A DNA stretch of 64,000 bases, taken from Methylovulum miyakonense HT12. Lineage in GTDB: Bacteria; Pseudomonadota; Gammaproteobacteria; Methylococcales; Methylomonadaceae. The notes below the pieces were generated by a model. That model made no database searches. It was not told the DNA's origin and saw only the letters and a program-made list of their open reading frames with translations. Positions within the stretch are counted from its first letter, which is position 1; the number at the start of each line of letters is the position of its first letter. Location of the stretch: NCBI RefSeq assembly GCF_000384075.1, contig NZ_KB913025.1, positions 2,744,450 through 2,808,449 on the forward strand. Reading direction: 5' to 3'. This document shows positions 30,180 to 39,704 of this stretch, piece after piece. Made by a program: the position numbers and the translations under genes.

Positions 30180-31745
30180 ATGTGGACGGTTGAAATTATC
30201 GGGGCCGTTGATGGGCGATCCCACTATGAGCTGCCTTACATCACCGGGCTTTTAGCAACGGATTTGCAGGCATTGGCTGTAGGTACCGCGTTTGTTGGCC
30301 GGCCTGGCACGCTTATCTACACGAACGCTTCCGATGTTATCAAAGTGCGTTCCGATTTGGAATTGACTGCCAGTCAAGCGCGGGCTTGGATGTGGCGGAC
30401 ATTACAAAAAGAACGGCAATTGGCAGTGCACCACCCTTTCAAAACCTGGCTGCTGATAACCGGGCAGGATGCCACCAGTCTCGTTGCGAGCATTTGCCCC
30501 CGGCTTGAACCTTTGCATATGGCCTTAAAATCGGCCAGCGAACGGCAACGTAACCTCGTTTTGCTCACTGCCGTATTTGAACTTTATTTGACGGTAGCCA
30601 AAACGGCTGGCGAGAAACTTGATGAAGGCCTGTCAAATTTTGCCGTGTCCGCAGAAGGGCAAGTTTATTATCTGGATGATGAGTATTATGCGTGGGACGG
30701 TTTTGTCGCCTTTTCGATTATGTTAGGGGTTTTTATCCGTAGTTTTATTTGGTTTGATGCCGCGTTTATTGAAGAGTTGGGCCGTAATTTGGTTAGGCTG
30801 CTGCGGGGAGTTTTTCAGGACAGCGAATGCCAGCATGTGATCGCAGGGCAATTGCAATCCATGTTTATGCCAAATGAACAAAAAGAACACTTGCTACAAC
30901 GTTTAATCAAAGTATTACAGCATCCGTCTGATGCTAAACCAACGTCCACAAGCACCTCCCTGTTATCAACGGCCGTTGCCCCCAAAGCAGCCAAACGTCA
31001 GGCTAGCGGGCGTTATCTAGCGCTTTTGGCCGACATCCATGCCAATTACCCGGCGCTCACTTGTGTGCTGGATTACCTCAAGGCCGAGCATATTAACGAA
31101 GGGATCGTGTTGGGCGATATTGTGGGTTACGGGCCTGAACCCCAAGCGTGTATTGAGCGCTTACAGGATTGCGGTTTCCAGGCCATAAAAGGCAACCACG
31201 ATTACGGTGTTGCGACTGGCGACACGGCTAAAGGTTTTTCCCGGGAGGCTAAAATGGCCATAGACTGGACGATTGGCCAGCTATCGGCTGACTATCGCCA
31301 GTGGTTAAATGATTTGCCGCTGTCTATCCAACAGGAAGATTGGTATGCGGTGCATGGGGCGCCTATGGACCCTGATTATTTTTATGCCTATGTGTATGCC
31401 ATGACTTATCAGGATAATCTTGACTATATGCAGCAAAATGGCATGGGTTTATGCTTTCATGGGCATTCGCACATACCGGGCATTTTTGCCCGCCGCAAGT
31501 ATAATGATGTACAAAAAACCGGCCAAATAATCAGTTTGGCGGCTTATCAGCAGGCCTTGGTTTGTCCAGGCTCGGTCGGGCAACCGCGTAATGGCCACAC
31601 CGACACGCAATTCGCCATTTATGACAAGGAGTTGCGGCGGGTGTCTTTTATGCAATTGCCTTATGATTATCAGTCGGTCATTGCCAAAATGCGCCAATGC
31701 CATTTACCCGAAGCGTTCGCCCTACGCATGTTACATGGCCGATAA
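30180..31745 (+). CDS. Two-domain protein: N-terminal ~270 aa unknown domain plus C-terminal calcineurin-like (PPP/ApaH-type) metallophosphoesterase.
   Basis: Phosphoesterase motifs LLADIHANYPAL (GDxHG), GDIVGYGPEP (GDxVDRG-like), GNHD, HGHSH. Confidence 0.65.
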   Translation: MWTVEIIGAVDGRSHYELPYITGLLATDLQALAVGTAFVGRPGTLIYTNASDVIKVRSDLELTASQARAWMWRTLQKERQLAVHHPFKTWLLITGQDATSLVASICPRLEPLHMALKSASERQRNLVLLTAVFELYLTVAKTAGEKLDEGLSNFAVSAEGQVYYLDDEYYAWDGFVAFSIMLGVFIRSFIWFDAAFIEELGRNLVRLLRGVFQDSECQHVIAGQLQSMFMPNEQKEHLLQRLIKVLQHPSDAKPTSTSTSLLSTAVAPKAAKRQASGRYLALLADIHANYPALTCVLDYLKAEHINEGIVLGDIVGYGPEPQACIERLQDCGFQAIKGNHDYGVATGDTAKGFSREAKMAIDWTIGQLSADYRQWLNDLPLSIQQEDWYAVHGAPMDPDYFYAYVYAMTYQDNLDYMQQNGMGLCFHGHSHIPGIFARRKYNDVQKTGQIISLAAYQQALVCPGSVGQPRNGHTDTQFAIYDKELRRVSFMQLPYDYQSVIAKMRQCHLPEAFALRMLHGR

Positions 31746-31932
31746 CGGCTAGCTTTGGCATTCCGGTAGTGGTTGGACAGGAGCTCTTTGGAAACTAACC
31801 TTCCTTAGGCCGGACCCGCCGCCTGCCTAAAGGCCAGCCTTCGTAAGCGTGGATTGCCGGAACCCACCTTTTTACAGTAAGGACGTGCCCGAAGGACAGC
31901 GGCCATCCAGCCTCCACAAATCCCCGCCACCT

Positions 31933-34041
31933 TTAAATCTTGCGTTTGACGTCAATGACATTCGACAAGCAGCCTATTTTTTTCAGGACCTTGCTTAATT
32001 GGTCGGTGTTCTTGATTTGGATGGTCAGGTTGAGTAGGGCGGAAAAATCGGCTTGGGTTTCCATCGCCGCATTGGCAATATAGATCTTCTCTTCGGCCAA
32101 AAGCTGGGACACTTCATTCAGCAGGTGTTGGGTGCTAAAGGCCTTTATGACGATCGGCACGAAATGGCTGCTGGTTTGTTTCCCCCATGCCACGCCAATC
32201 AAACGGCTTTGTTTTTCATGCCCCATATTAATGATGTTAGGGCAGTTTTTGTTATGGACGATGATGCCTTTTTTCAAGGAAATGAAACCGATGATGTCAT
32301 CGCCGGGGACAGGGCTACAGCAGCTGGCGAATGTGGTCTTGATTTGGTTGATGCCATCCACGGACACTTCCGTCTTGTCCGCCGGTTTTGCCGCCGTTTT
32401 TTTCACTTTCGCCGTTTCCAGCTCAGGAATTTTGAAAAATGCGGCAAGTTGGCGGGTATTGATGTCACCCCGGCCAATGAACTCCAGCAATTGGTCGGTA
32501 TTGGGTTGGTGGAAATACTTGGCAAGCTCGGTCAAATTGGGCGTTTTGATGCCCAGCCGTAGGCTTTCCTTATCGAGTATGGATTTTCCGGCGGCAATAT
32601 TTTGCGTTTCTTGCTGGTTTTTAAACCAGCTTTTGACTTTGCTGATGGCGTTGGATGATTTTAGGTAGCCCAGGTTAGGGTCTATCCAATTGCGGTTCGG
32701 CCCGCCTTCCTTGACGGTGAGGATTTCCACTTGCTCGCCAGATTTCAGGATATAGGTCAAGGGGGCGATACGCCCGTTGACTTTCGCGCCACGGCAACGG
32801 TGGCCTATTTCACTGTGTATCGCATAGGCGAAATCCAGCGGCGTGGAACCTTTCACCAAATCAATGAGCTTGCCTTTGGGTGTCAGCACATAGACGCGGT
32901 CATGGAACAGCTCATTACGGAAGTGTTCGCTCAGGGTTTCGTCGTCGTCTTTTTCCTCCAGCAATTTGCGCAACGAACTGATGCTTTTTTCGACGGCCGC
33001 GTCATGTTTGCCGCCTTCTTTATATGACCAATGCGCGGCAACGCCAAATTCGGCAAAATCGTGCATTTCTTGGGTGCGGATCTGCACTTCGATGCGCTTT
33101 CCGTCAGGGTCGATGATGACCGTATGCAAGGATTGGTAGCCGTTTTCCTTGGGGTTGGCGATGTAGTCGTCAAATTCTTTGGGGATGGTCTGCCACAGGC
33201 TATGGACGATGCCCAAGGTGGTGTAGCAAGCGCCCAGGTTATCGACAATCACGCGTACCGCCAAAAGGTCATAGAGCTCTTCTATGCCCAGTTGCTTGCG
33301 CTGCATTTTTTTCCAGATGCTGTAAATATGCTTGGGGCGGCCATAAATCGTCGCGCTGATGTTTTCGGCGGCGAGCGTCTTTTTTAGCAGCTCGATAAAG
33401 CGTTTGATGCAGTCTTCCCGTTCCGTGCGTTTGTCGTTCAGCGATTTGGCAATATGCAGATAGGATTGTGGCTTGAGATAACGGAAGGCCATATCCTCCA
33501 GCTCCCATTTGAGCTGGTGTATGCCCATACGGTTGGCAATAGGGGCATAAATGTCCAAGGTTTCTTGGGCGATGAAACGGCGCATTTCGTAAGATTCTTT
33601 AGGCAACACGCCCAAGCGTTTGATCCGGTAAGCCAGCTTGATCAGCACCGCCCGCACATCTTGGGTCATCGACAATAGCATCCGGCGCAGGATTTCCGAC
33701 TGGTTGGGCTGGTCGGTCATGTCCAACGAATAAATGGCGATGGTGTTGAGCCAGTTGACATCTTTGACCAGCGCCTCCACGGTTTCGCCAAACTGTTCTT
33801 TGATGTGTGGCAACAGTTTGAGCGGGGTCAGGCGCGGGTCGCTCAGGATCGCGGCCAGGATGGTGTTTAAATCGACATGGAAATCCATGAGGATGGTCGC
33901 CACTTCATAGCCTTTAGGGCGGTAATAACGCGGGTCATCGACAAGTTGCCCCACTATCGCCATGGCCTTGTCAATTTGTAGGCGGTCTGGTTCGGAAAAG
34001 TTGCCGGATAGGAGTTTTTCGGGGGTGAAATTTTTTTTCAT
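31933..34041 (-). CDS. relA: GTP pyrophosphokinase, RelA-type (p)ppGpp synthetase. The HD hydrolase motif appears degenerate.
   Basis: RRMLLSMTQDVRAVLIKLAYRI and YGRPKHIYSIWKKMQRKQL...NGYQSLHT closely match E. coli RelA. The position of the SpoT HD motif reads ILSD. Confidence 0.75.
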   Translation of the reverse strand: MKKNFTPEKLLSGNFSEPDRLQIDKAMAIVGQLVDDPRYYRPKGYEVATILMDFHVDLNTILAAILSDPRLTPLKLLPHIKEQFGETVEALVKDVNWLNTIAIYSLDMTDQPNQSEILRRMLLSMTQDVRAVLIKLAYRIKRLGVLPKESYEMRRFIAQETLDIYAPIANRMGIHQLKWELEDMAFRYLKPQSYLHIAKSLNDKRTEREDCIKRFIELLKKTLAAENISATIYGRPKHIYSIWKKMQRKQLGIEELYDLLAVRVIVDNLGACYTTLGIVHSLWQTIPKEFDDYIANPKENGYQSLHTVIIDPDGKRIEVQIRTQEMHDFAEFGVAAHWSYKEGGKHDAAVEKSISSLRKLLEEKDDDETLSEHFRNELFHDRVYVLTPKGKLIDLVKGSTPLDFAYAIHSEIGHRCRGAKVNGRIAPLTYILKSGEQVEILTVKEGGPNRNWIDPNLGYLKSSNAISKVKSWFKNQQETQNIAAGKSILDKESLRLGIKTPNLTELAKYFHQPNTDQLLEFIGRGDINTRQLAAFFKIPELETAKVKKTAAKPADKTEVSVDGINQIKTTFASCCSPVPGDDIIGFISLKKGIIVHNKNCPNIINMGHEKQSRLIGVAWGKQTSSHFVPIVIKAFSTQHLLNEVSQLLAEEKIYIANAAMETQADFSALLNLTIQIKNTDQLSKVLKKIGCLSNVIDVKRKI

Positions 34042-34283
34042 CAGATGCTGGTCACCGATTGATAAACCTTGGGGTAAATGCCTGTTGCCGTTTCTATTGC
34101 CGTCAGGTCTGGCGGGCTTCTAAAACCTGCCTGAGGGCGTTTGGGTTTACAGATAAGCTATAAACATGCCACCCATTTCGCTTGGGCTAGGGTAACCGGA
34201 CCTAACCGCTTTCATTAAGCAACCGTACAATGCCATAATAGCCGGGTTTTTCGATGCCCCAACAAACTGTAGGAAGACCGACT

Positions 34284-36098
34284 ATGAGTTCCATTTACGG
34301 TTGGCTATCCGCCACCGAGACGCCCGCTTCGGCCCGGCTGGTTGATGCCCAACGTGACGCCACCCGTGGCCTGATGGCGGGTTCGCCACAGGTTGCCCGC
34401 CATTATAAAGCCGCTGGCCTGGGCGGTCATGGCCTAATTGCCGCACCGGGCATTTATCAGGATGGTGCGTTGTTGGTGATTGTTGACGGGTCACCGCAAT
34501 GGCAAGACCCGGTTTTGGCTACTATGGCACAATCCCATGGCGATGCCTATGCCCTTGCGCAAGGTTTTCTAAGGCAAGGCCGCAAGGTGCTGGGGCAAAT
34601 GGCTGGCGCGTTTGCCGTTGGTGTGCTGCAGGCCGACCAGCATTACGCATTGCTGGCGGTGGATAGGATGGGTCTACGGCCGCTCGCTTTTTACCGGCAA
34701 GACAATTTGTTGGTTTTTGGTAGCCAACTGGAGCAATTGTTGGCCCATCCTGATGTGCGGCCGGAAATCTCCCGGCAGTCCCTCTTCGATTATTTGTATT
34801 TCCACATGGTCCCTAGCCCTGGCAGCATCTATGAAGGGATAACAAAACTACAGCCCGGCGAATTTTTGGAAGTCGGCCACAACCAAGCCACTAACGGCTA
34901 TTATTGGCAAAGGCGTTATCAGGACAGCACCGCCAGTCAGCAAGATTTGCTCGCCCAGCTTCATGGCGAACTGGAACAGGCAACAAAACAGTGCGCCCCC
35001 GACCCAAAAACCGGCGCGTTTTTAAGTGGTGGTTTGGATAGCAGCACCGTGGTCGGCGTGTTCCAAAAATTGTCCGCGCAACCTGTTGACACGTTTAGCA
35101 TCGGCTTTGCCGCCGAGGGCTATGACGAAATGGACTACGCCCGCATCACCGCCAGGCATTTTAACGCCAACTTGCATGAGTATTATGTCACGCCCGCCGA
35201 TGTCCTGGACGCGATCCCCTTGCTTGCGCAAACGTACGATGAACCGTTTGGCAATGCCTCGGCCGTGCCCGCTTATTACTGTGCAAAACTCGCCCGCGAA
35301 CACGGCATGACCCGGTTATTGGCTGGCGATGGCGGCGACGAGATTTTTGCGGGCAACGCCCGTTATGCCAAACAAAAAATTTTCGACCTGTACCGGCATG
35401 TGCCGGGGTTCGCCAAAGCCATGCTGGAGCCGGTAGCGGCTAGCTTACCGCCGTTACGTAAGGTGAAAAGCTATATCGAACAGGCCAAAATCCCCATGCC
35501 ACAACGTTTGGAAACGTATAACTTTCTGCACAGGGCCCCTCTGGAGGATATTTTTGCGCAAGACTTTCTGTCCCAGATTGACAGCGGGGCTCCCCTGGCC
35601 CAATTGCAAGCCACATACCAGCGCACCGGGGGCGATGATCTGGTCAAAAAAATGCTGTTTTTGGATAACAAATTCACGCTTGCCGATAATGATTTAAGGA
35701 AAGTCAACCGGATGTGCGATCTGGCGGGGGTCACGGTGCAATACCCTATGTTGCAGGAAAACCTAGTGGCTTTTGCCGCTTCAGTCCCTTCAAAATGGCT
35801 GATGCAAGGGTTTGAATTACGCTCTTTTTACCGTCAGGCGATGCAAGGTTTTTTGGCGAAAGAAACCTTGGCAAAAAGCAAACAGGGTTTTGGCTTGCCT
35901 TTCGGGGTCTGGATGGGCGCCGATAAAAACCTAAAAGAATTCGCCGAGGCGAATTTGCAAGGTGTGGCTAAGCGGGGTTTTTTGAATCCTGCTTACATTA
36001 AAAACCTTATCCATCTGCACCAGGATAGCCACGCCTCTTATTATGGCGTTATGATTTGGTTGTTGGTTATGTTGGAACAGTGGTTGTTGGTGCATTGA
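34284..36098 (+). CDS. Asparagine synthetase (glutamine-hydrolysing) family protein, exosortase-system-associated amidotransferase-like. The N-terminal Cys nucleophile is not evident.
   Basis: PP-loop SGGLDSS. The N-terminus MSSIYGWLS has Ser where AsnB has Cys2. Start chosen at the ATG with an AGGAAG RBS (34284); the track start is 34254. Confidence 0.6.
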   Translation: MSSIYGWLSATETPASARLVDAQRDATRGLMAGSPQVARHYKAAGLGGHGLIAAPGIYQDGALLVIVDGSPQWQDPVLATMAQSHGDAYALAQGFLRQGRKVLGQMAGAFAVGVLQADQHYALLAVDRMGLRPLAFYRQDNLLVFGSQLEQLLAHPDVRPEISRQSLFDYLYFHMVPSPGSIYEGITKLQPGEFLEVGHNQATNGYYWQRRYQDSTASQQDLLAQLHGELEQATKQCAPDPKTGAFLSGGLDSSTVVGVFQKLSAQPVDTFSIGFAAEGYDEMDYARITARHFNANLHEYYVTPADVLDAIPLLAQTYDEPFGNASAVPAYYCAKLAREHGMTRLLAGDGGDEIFAGNARYAKQKIFDLYRHVPGFAKAMLEPVAASLPPLRKVKSYIEQAKIPMPQRLETYNFLHRAPLEDIFAQDFLSQIDSGAPLAQLQATYQRTGGDDLVKKMLFLDNKFTLADNDLRKVNRMCDLAGVTVQYPMLQENLVAFAASVPSKWLMQGFELRSFYRQAMQGFLAKETLAKSKQGFGLPFGVWMGADKNLKEFAEANLQGVAKRGFLNPAYIKNLIHLHQDSHASYYGVMIWLLVMLEQWLLVH

Positions 36099-36128
36099 AA
36101 ATGAAACGGCGCAGAGGATGGGTGATAA

Positions 36129-37484
36129 GTGGGTGAGAAGAACGTTTTATTGATCATTGAAGATGACCATGGTTTGCAAACCCAATTAAAATGGGGGTTT
36201 GAACGTTACCAGACGGTCATTGCCGGCAACAGGAATGACGCGATAGTGGCGTTAAGGCGTTTTATGCCCGCAGTCATCACTCTGGATCTGGGGTTGCCGC
36301 CCGATCCTGCCAATGCCAGCGAGGGCCTTGCAACCTTGAAGGAAATCCTGCAATTGGCGCCTGCCAGTAAGGTGATTGTCGTGACCGGAAATGATGACCG
36401 CGACAATGCCGTCAGGGCGGTTGCCATGGGGGCGTATGATTTTTATCAGAAACCGATTGATTTGGATATTTTAAACCTGATTGTTGAGCGGGCTTTCCAG
36501 TTTGCCAGCTTGCAGAAAGCGTATGCCCAACTGCAGCATAAATCGCAGGAGCCTTTGGAGGGCATTATCGCTTCCTGCAAGAAGATGCAGGATTTGACGC
36601 GTATGGTGGAAAAAGTCGCCCCCACCAATGCGACAACCTTGCTGTTAGGTGAAAGCGGCACCGGCAAGGAGGTGCTCGCCAGGGCTATCCACGGCCTAAG
36701 CCACCGTGCAAGCAAGCCGTTTGTTGCCGTAAACTGTGCGGCGATCCCGGAAAACTTATTGGAAAGCGAGTTGTTCGGCTATGAAAAGGGCGCGTTTACC
36801 GGAGCCGCCCAACAAACCAAGGGCAAGATCGAATACGCCGATAAAGGCACGTTCTTTCTTGATGAGATTGGCGATTTGCCCGTTGGTTTGCAGTCGAAAT
36901 TATTGCGCTTTCTTCAGGAACGGAGCATAGAACGCATCGGCGGGCGCAAGGAAATTCCCGTTGATGTCCGTATCATTTGCGCAACCCATCAAAACTTGCA
37001 GGCCTTGATCGACGAAGGCCGGTTCAGAAGCGATTTGTACTATCGCGTCAGCGAAATCACGCTGAGTATCCCGCCCTTGCGGGAGCGTGATGGGGATGCG
37101 ATAACCATTGCCAATGTCTTGTTGAAACGCTTCAGCGAGGCCAATAATAAAATCCTGAAAGGCTTTAGCCCGGAGGCCGTGCAGGCGATAGAAAACTACC
37201 CGTGGCCCGGCAATATCCGCGAGCTGGAAAATAAAATCAAACGGGCCGTGATCATGGCGGACGATGCCGTCATTGATTTTGATGACCTTGAATTAGGTGA
37301 ACTTGGCGATGAAACCATGCCGTTTAATCTTAAAGCGGTCCGGGAAGCTGCCGAGACCACGGCTATCAAGAGGGCATTGGCCATCTCCCATAACAATATT
37401 TCTAATGCGGCAAAGCTTTTAGGTGTGACCCGCCCTACGTTGTACACCCTGTTTGAAAAGTATGGGATTAAGGTTAGCGATTAA
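36129..37484 (+). CDS. Sigma-54-dependent response regulator, PrsR-like (PEP-CTERM-box regulator).
   Basis: Receiver domain + AAA+ sigma54-interaction domain (GESGTGKE, GAFTGA) + C-terminal Fis-type HTH. LDLGLPPD is reminiscent of the PrsR family. Confidence 0.6.
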   Translation: MGEKNVLLIIEDDHGLQTQLKWGFERYQTVIAGNRNDAIVALRRFMPAVITLDLGLPPDPANASEGLATLKEILQLAPASKVIVVTGNDDRDNAVRAVAMGAYDFYQKPIDLDILNLIVERAFQFASLQKAYAQLQHKSQEPLEGIIASCKKMQDLTRMVEKVAPTNATTLLLGESGTGKEVLARAIHGLSHRASKPFVAVNCAAIPENLLESELFGYEKGAFTGAAQQTKGKIEYADKGTFFLDEIGDLPVGLQSKLLRFLQERSIERIGGRKEIPVDVRIICATHQNLQALIDEGRFRSDLYYRVSEITLSIPPLRERDGDAITIANVLLKRFSEANNKILKGFSPEAVQAIENYPWPGNIRELENKIKRAVIMADDAVIDFDDLELGELGDETMPFNLKAVREAAETTAIKRALAISHNNISNAAKLLGVTRPTLYTLFEKYGIKVSD

Positions 37485-37585
37485 AATTGGCCATGAGTAT
37501 GGAAAAGCACCCGCATCAACTGATGCCAGTAAGGTGTAGTTGGCATATAATGCCGCGTTTATCTTTATCCCACTAGGAAGTTACT

Positions 37586-38149
37586 ATGAAAAAAATTGCT
37601 TTATTAAGTTTATCCGCCATGTTCATGTTTACAGCGGTTGCCTATGCCCATGGCCCTGTCCGCCAAAAAGCTGAAGAAGAGGTGACCATCAACGCGCCCG
37701 CGGAAAAAGTATGGGGCATCATTAAAAACTACGACGATATGTCTTGGTTGCCAGGTGTCAAAAGCACCACCGCCGATAAAGGCAACAATAAAGGCTCAAT
37801 CCGTGTTTTGACTTTGAAAGATGGCGGAACCATCACCGAAGAGCTGAAAAAATATGACGATAAGAAAATGACTTATGCGTACAAAATCACCGATATGAGC
37901 GTTGCGAAAACGATCACCCATTCAGGGGCGGAAGAAAAAGTGCCGGTATTGCCGGTAGACAACTATGCGGCCAGCATTGAAGTCGAAGATAAAGGCGGTT
38001 CTGCCTTGGTGTCTTGGAAAGCCGGCTATTACCGTGCCTATATGAACAACAATCCCCCAGAAGAAATGAACGAAGAAGCGGCCAACACGGCAGTCACGGC
38101 CATTTTGAAAGGCGGTTTGGCGAACCTGAAAACCTTGGCTGAGAAATAA
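37586..38149 (+). CDS. Secreted SRPBCC (START/Bet v1-like) domain protein, MxaD-like.
   Basis: Signal peptide + ~160 aa. Weak family assignment from memory. Confidence 0.35.
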   Translation: MKKIALLSLSAMFMFTAVAYAHGPVRQKAEEEVTINAPAEKVWGIIKNYDDMSWLPGVKSTTADKGNNKGSIRVLTLKDGGTITEELKKYDDKKMTYAYKITDMSVAKTITHSGAEEKVPVLPVDNYAASIEVEDKGGSALVSWKAGYYRAYMNNNPPEEMNEEAANTAVTAILKGGLANLKTLAEK

Positions 38150-38160
38150 GGTTTATTTCA

Positions 38161-39114
38161 GTGCCGATTAAACTTTTTAAGGCGGTGGCCTGCGCCACCG
38201 CTTTTTTTACATCCGCGCTGCTTGCCGCACCGTTGGCTTATGTCAGCAACCAATTAAGCGGCAGTGTTTCCATTATTGACACCGGGCTTGGCGAAGTTGC
38301 GGCAACCGTTACCGTGCCCGGTAAACCTGCGGGTGTCGCCCTTGCCCCTGATGGCAAACATTGTTATGTCAGCACCCCGGAAACGCATGGGTTCGCGGTG
38401 ATTGATACCCAAACGCGCACTTTGGTCGCCCAAGTCAAGGTCAGTGACGGGGCTTTAGGGATTGCCGCTAGCCCTGATGGCCGACGCATCTATGTGGCCG
38501 ATTGGTATAACAACACGGTTGCCGTCGTCGATGCCGGAAATTATCAAGTCCTGCAGACCATTGCCGTGGGGCAATCGCCATCGGGTTTGGCCGTAAGCCC
38601 CGATAACCGTTGGCTGTATGTGGCTAACCGGCTGGGCAATTCAGTTAGCAAGATTGACCTCAAAAATTGGACGGTCAAGCAAACCACGCCAGTTGGCAGC
38701 CATCCGTTTGGTTTGACGGTGGATAGCCGGGGCGAGAGGGTGTATGTCGCTAATGTGCAAAGCGATGATGTCACTGTCCTTGACACAAAATTGATGCAGG
38801 CACTGGCTACGGTCAAGGTCGGTATGCTGCCTTATGCCGTGGCTTTAGCCCTCAACGATAGCCGCTTGTTGGTGACTAACCAGGATGACAATTCGGTTTC
38901 GGTGATTGATACGGAAACCTTAAAAGCTATAGGCCTGATTGGTGTCGGTGAAAAGCCTGAGGGTATCAGCACGCATCCTGATGACCGCCATGTTTATGTC
39001 GCCAATTGGTTCGACAGCAATGTTTCGGTGCTTGATGCCAAAACCCTGCGGGTTATCAAGACCATTAAGACAGGCGAGGGCAGCCGTGCCTTTGGGCAGT
39101 TTATCAGCAAATAA
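38161..39114 (+). CDS. YVTN-family beta-propeller repeat protein (secreted).
   Basis: Repeated ~40-aa units with YV(S/A)N...VSVID pattern: AYVSNQLSGSVSIID, CYVSTPETHGFAVID, IYVADWYNNTVAVVD, LYVANRLGNSVSKID, VYVANVQSDDVTVLD, LLVTNQDDNSVSVID, VYVANWFDSNVSVLD. Confidence 0.7.
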   Translation: MPIKLFKAVACATAFFTSALLAAPLAYVSNQLSGSVSIIDTGLGEVAATVTVPGKPAGVALAPDGKHCYVSTPETHGFAVIDTQTRTLVAQVKVSDGALGIAASPDGRRIYVADWYNNTVAVVDAGNYQVLQTIAVGQSPSGLAVSPDNRWLYVANRLGNSVSKIDLKNWTVKQTTPVGSHPFGLTVDSRGERVYVANVQSDDVTVLDTKLMQALATVKVGMLPYAVALALNDSRLLVTNQDDNSVSVIDTETLKAIGLIGVGEKPEGISTHPDDRHVYVANWFDSNVSVLDAKTLRVIKTIKTGEGSRAFGQFISK

Positions 39115-39153
39115 TATCAGTGTGTTGCACTGATATGATAGACTTCAAATTAT

Positions 39154-39462
39154 TTGTTAATGGTTGGGGAAGAAATGGCTGAAACAGTAGATGAATTGAC
39201 GGTTAGTTATCAGGATGGCGGTATTGAAACCGTTAAGGAACTGGATAAAAAAGTCCTGACCAAAGGCGCTTGGGCAACCGTGATGTATCGCTACCAGGAT
39301 TGGAACCGTGCCAAGGAAGAATACGGGCCGGATAAATATACGATCCGCCGTTACCAAAAACGCAATGGCGAATATCAGCAAAAGTCCAAATTCAATATTT
39401 CTAGCAAAGACCAGGCAAAAAGCATTATTGCCGCGTTGGAAGAATGGATGGATAAGGATTAG
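39154..39462 (+). CDS. Small hypothetical protein (~100 aa).
   Basis: ORF only. Alternative start MAETVDEL at ~39175. Confidence 0.3.
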   Translation: MLMVGEEMAETVDELTVSYQDGGIETVKELDKKVLTKGAWATVMYRYQDWNRAKEEYGPDKYTIRRYQKRNGEYQQKSKFNISSKDQAKSIIAALEEWMDKD

Positions 39463-39463
39463 A

Positions 39464-39643
39464 GACTGTGAAAGTATTGCAAAATGCTCTAAGAATTAAT
39501 GATTGTCCACAAAAAACACGAAACATACGAAACAATTAAATAATAGATTTCAATAACTTATATTTAATCTAGTTTTACACTTTCGTGTTTTTTCATGATT
39601 TTCGTGGACATAAAATAATTTTTTCACAGTCTCATTAGCCAAT
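39464..39643. mobile_element. MITE-like ~180-bp AT-rich element with 12-13-bp perfect terminal inverted repeats (gagactgtgaaa / tttcacagtctc), flanked by ATTA on both sides.
   Basis: Seen directly. Nested internal inverted repeats (tgtccacaaaaaacacgaaa / ttcgtgttttttc...cgtggaca). Confidence 0.5.
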
Positions 39644-39704
39644 TGCTTGACACAGATAACGTCCCTTGAAGGGAGGTTATCTGTGATGCCCCAAGTAGGT
39701 TGTT

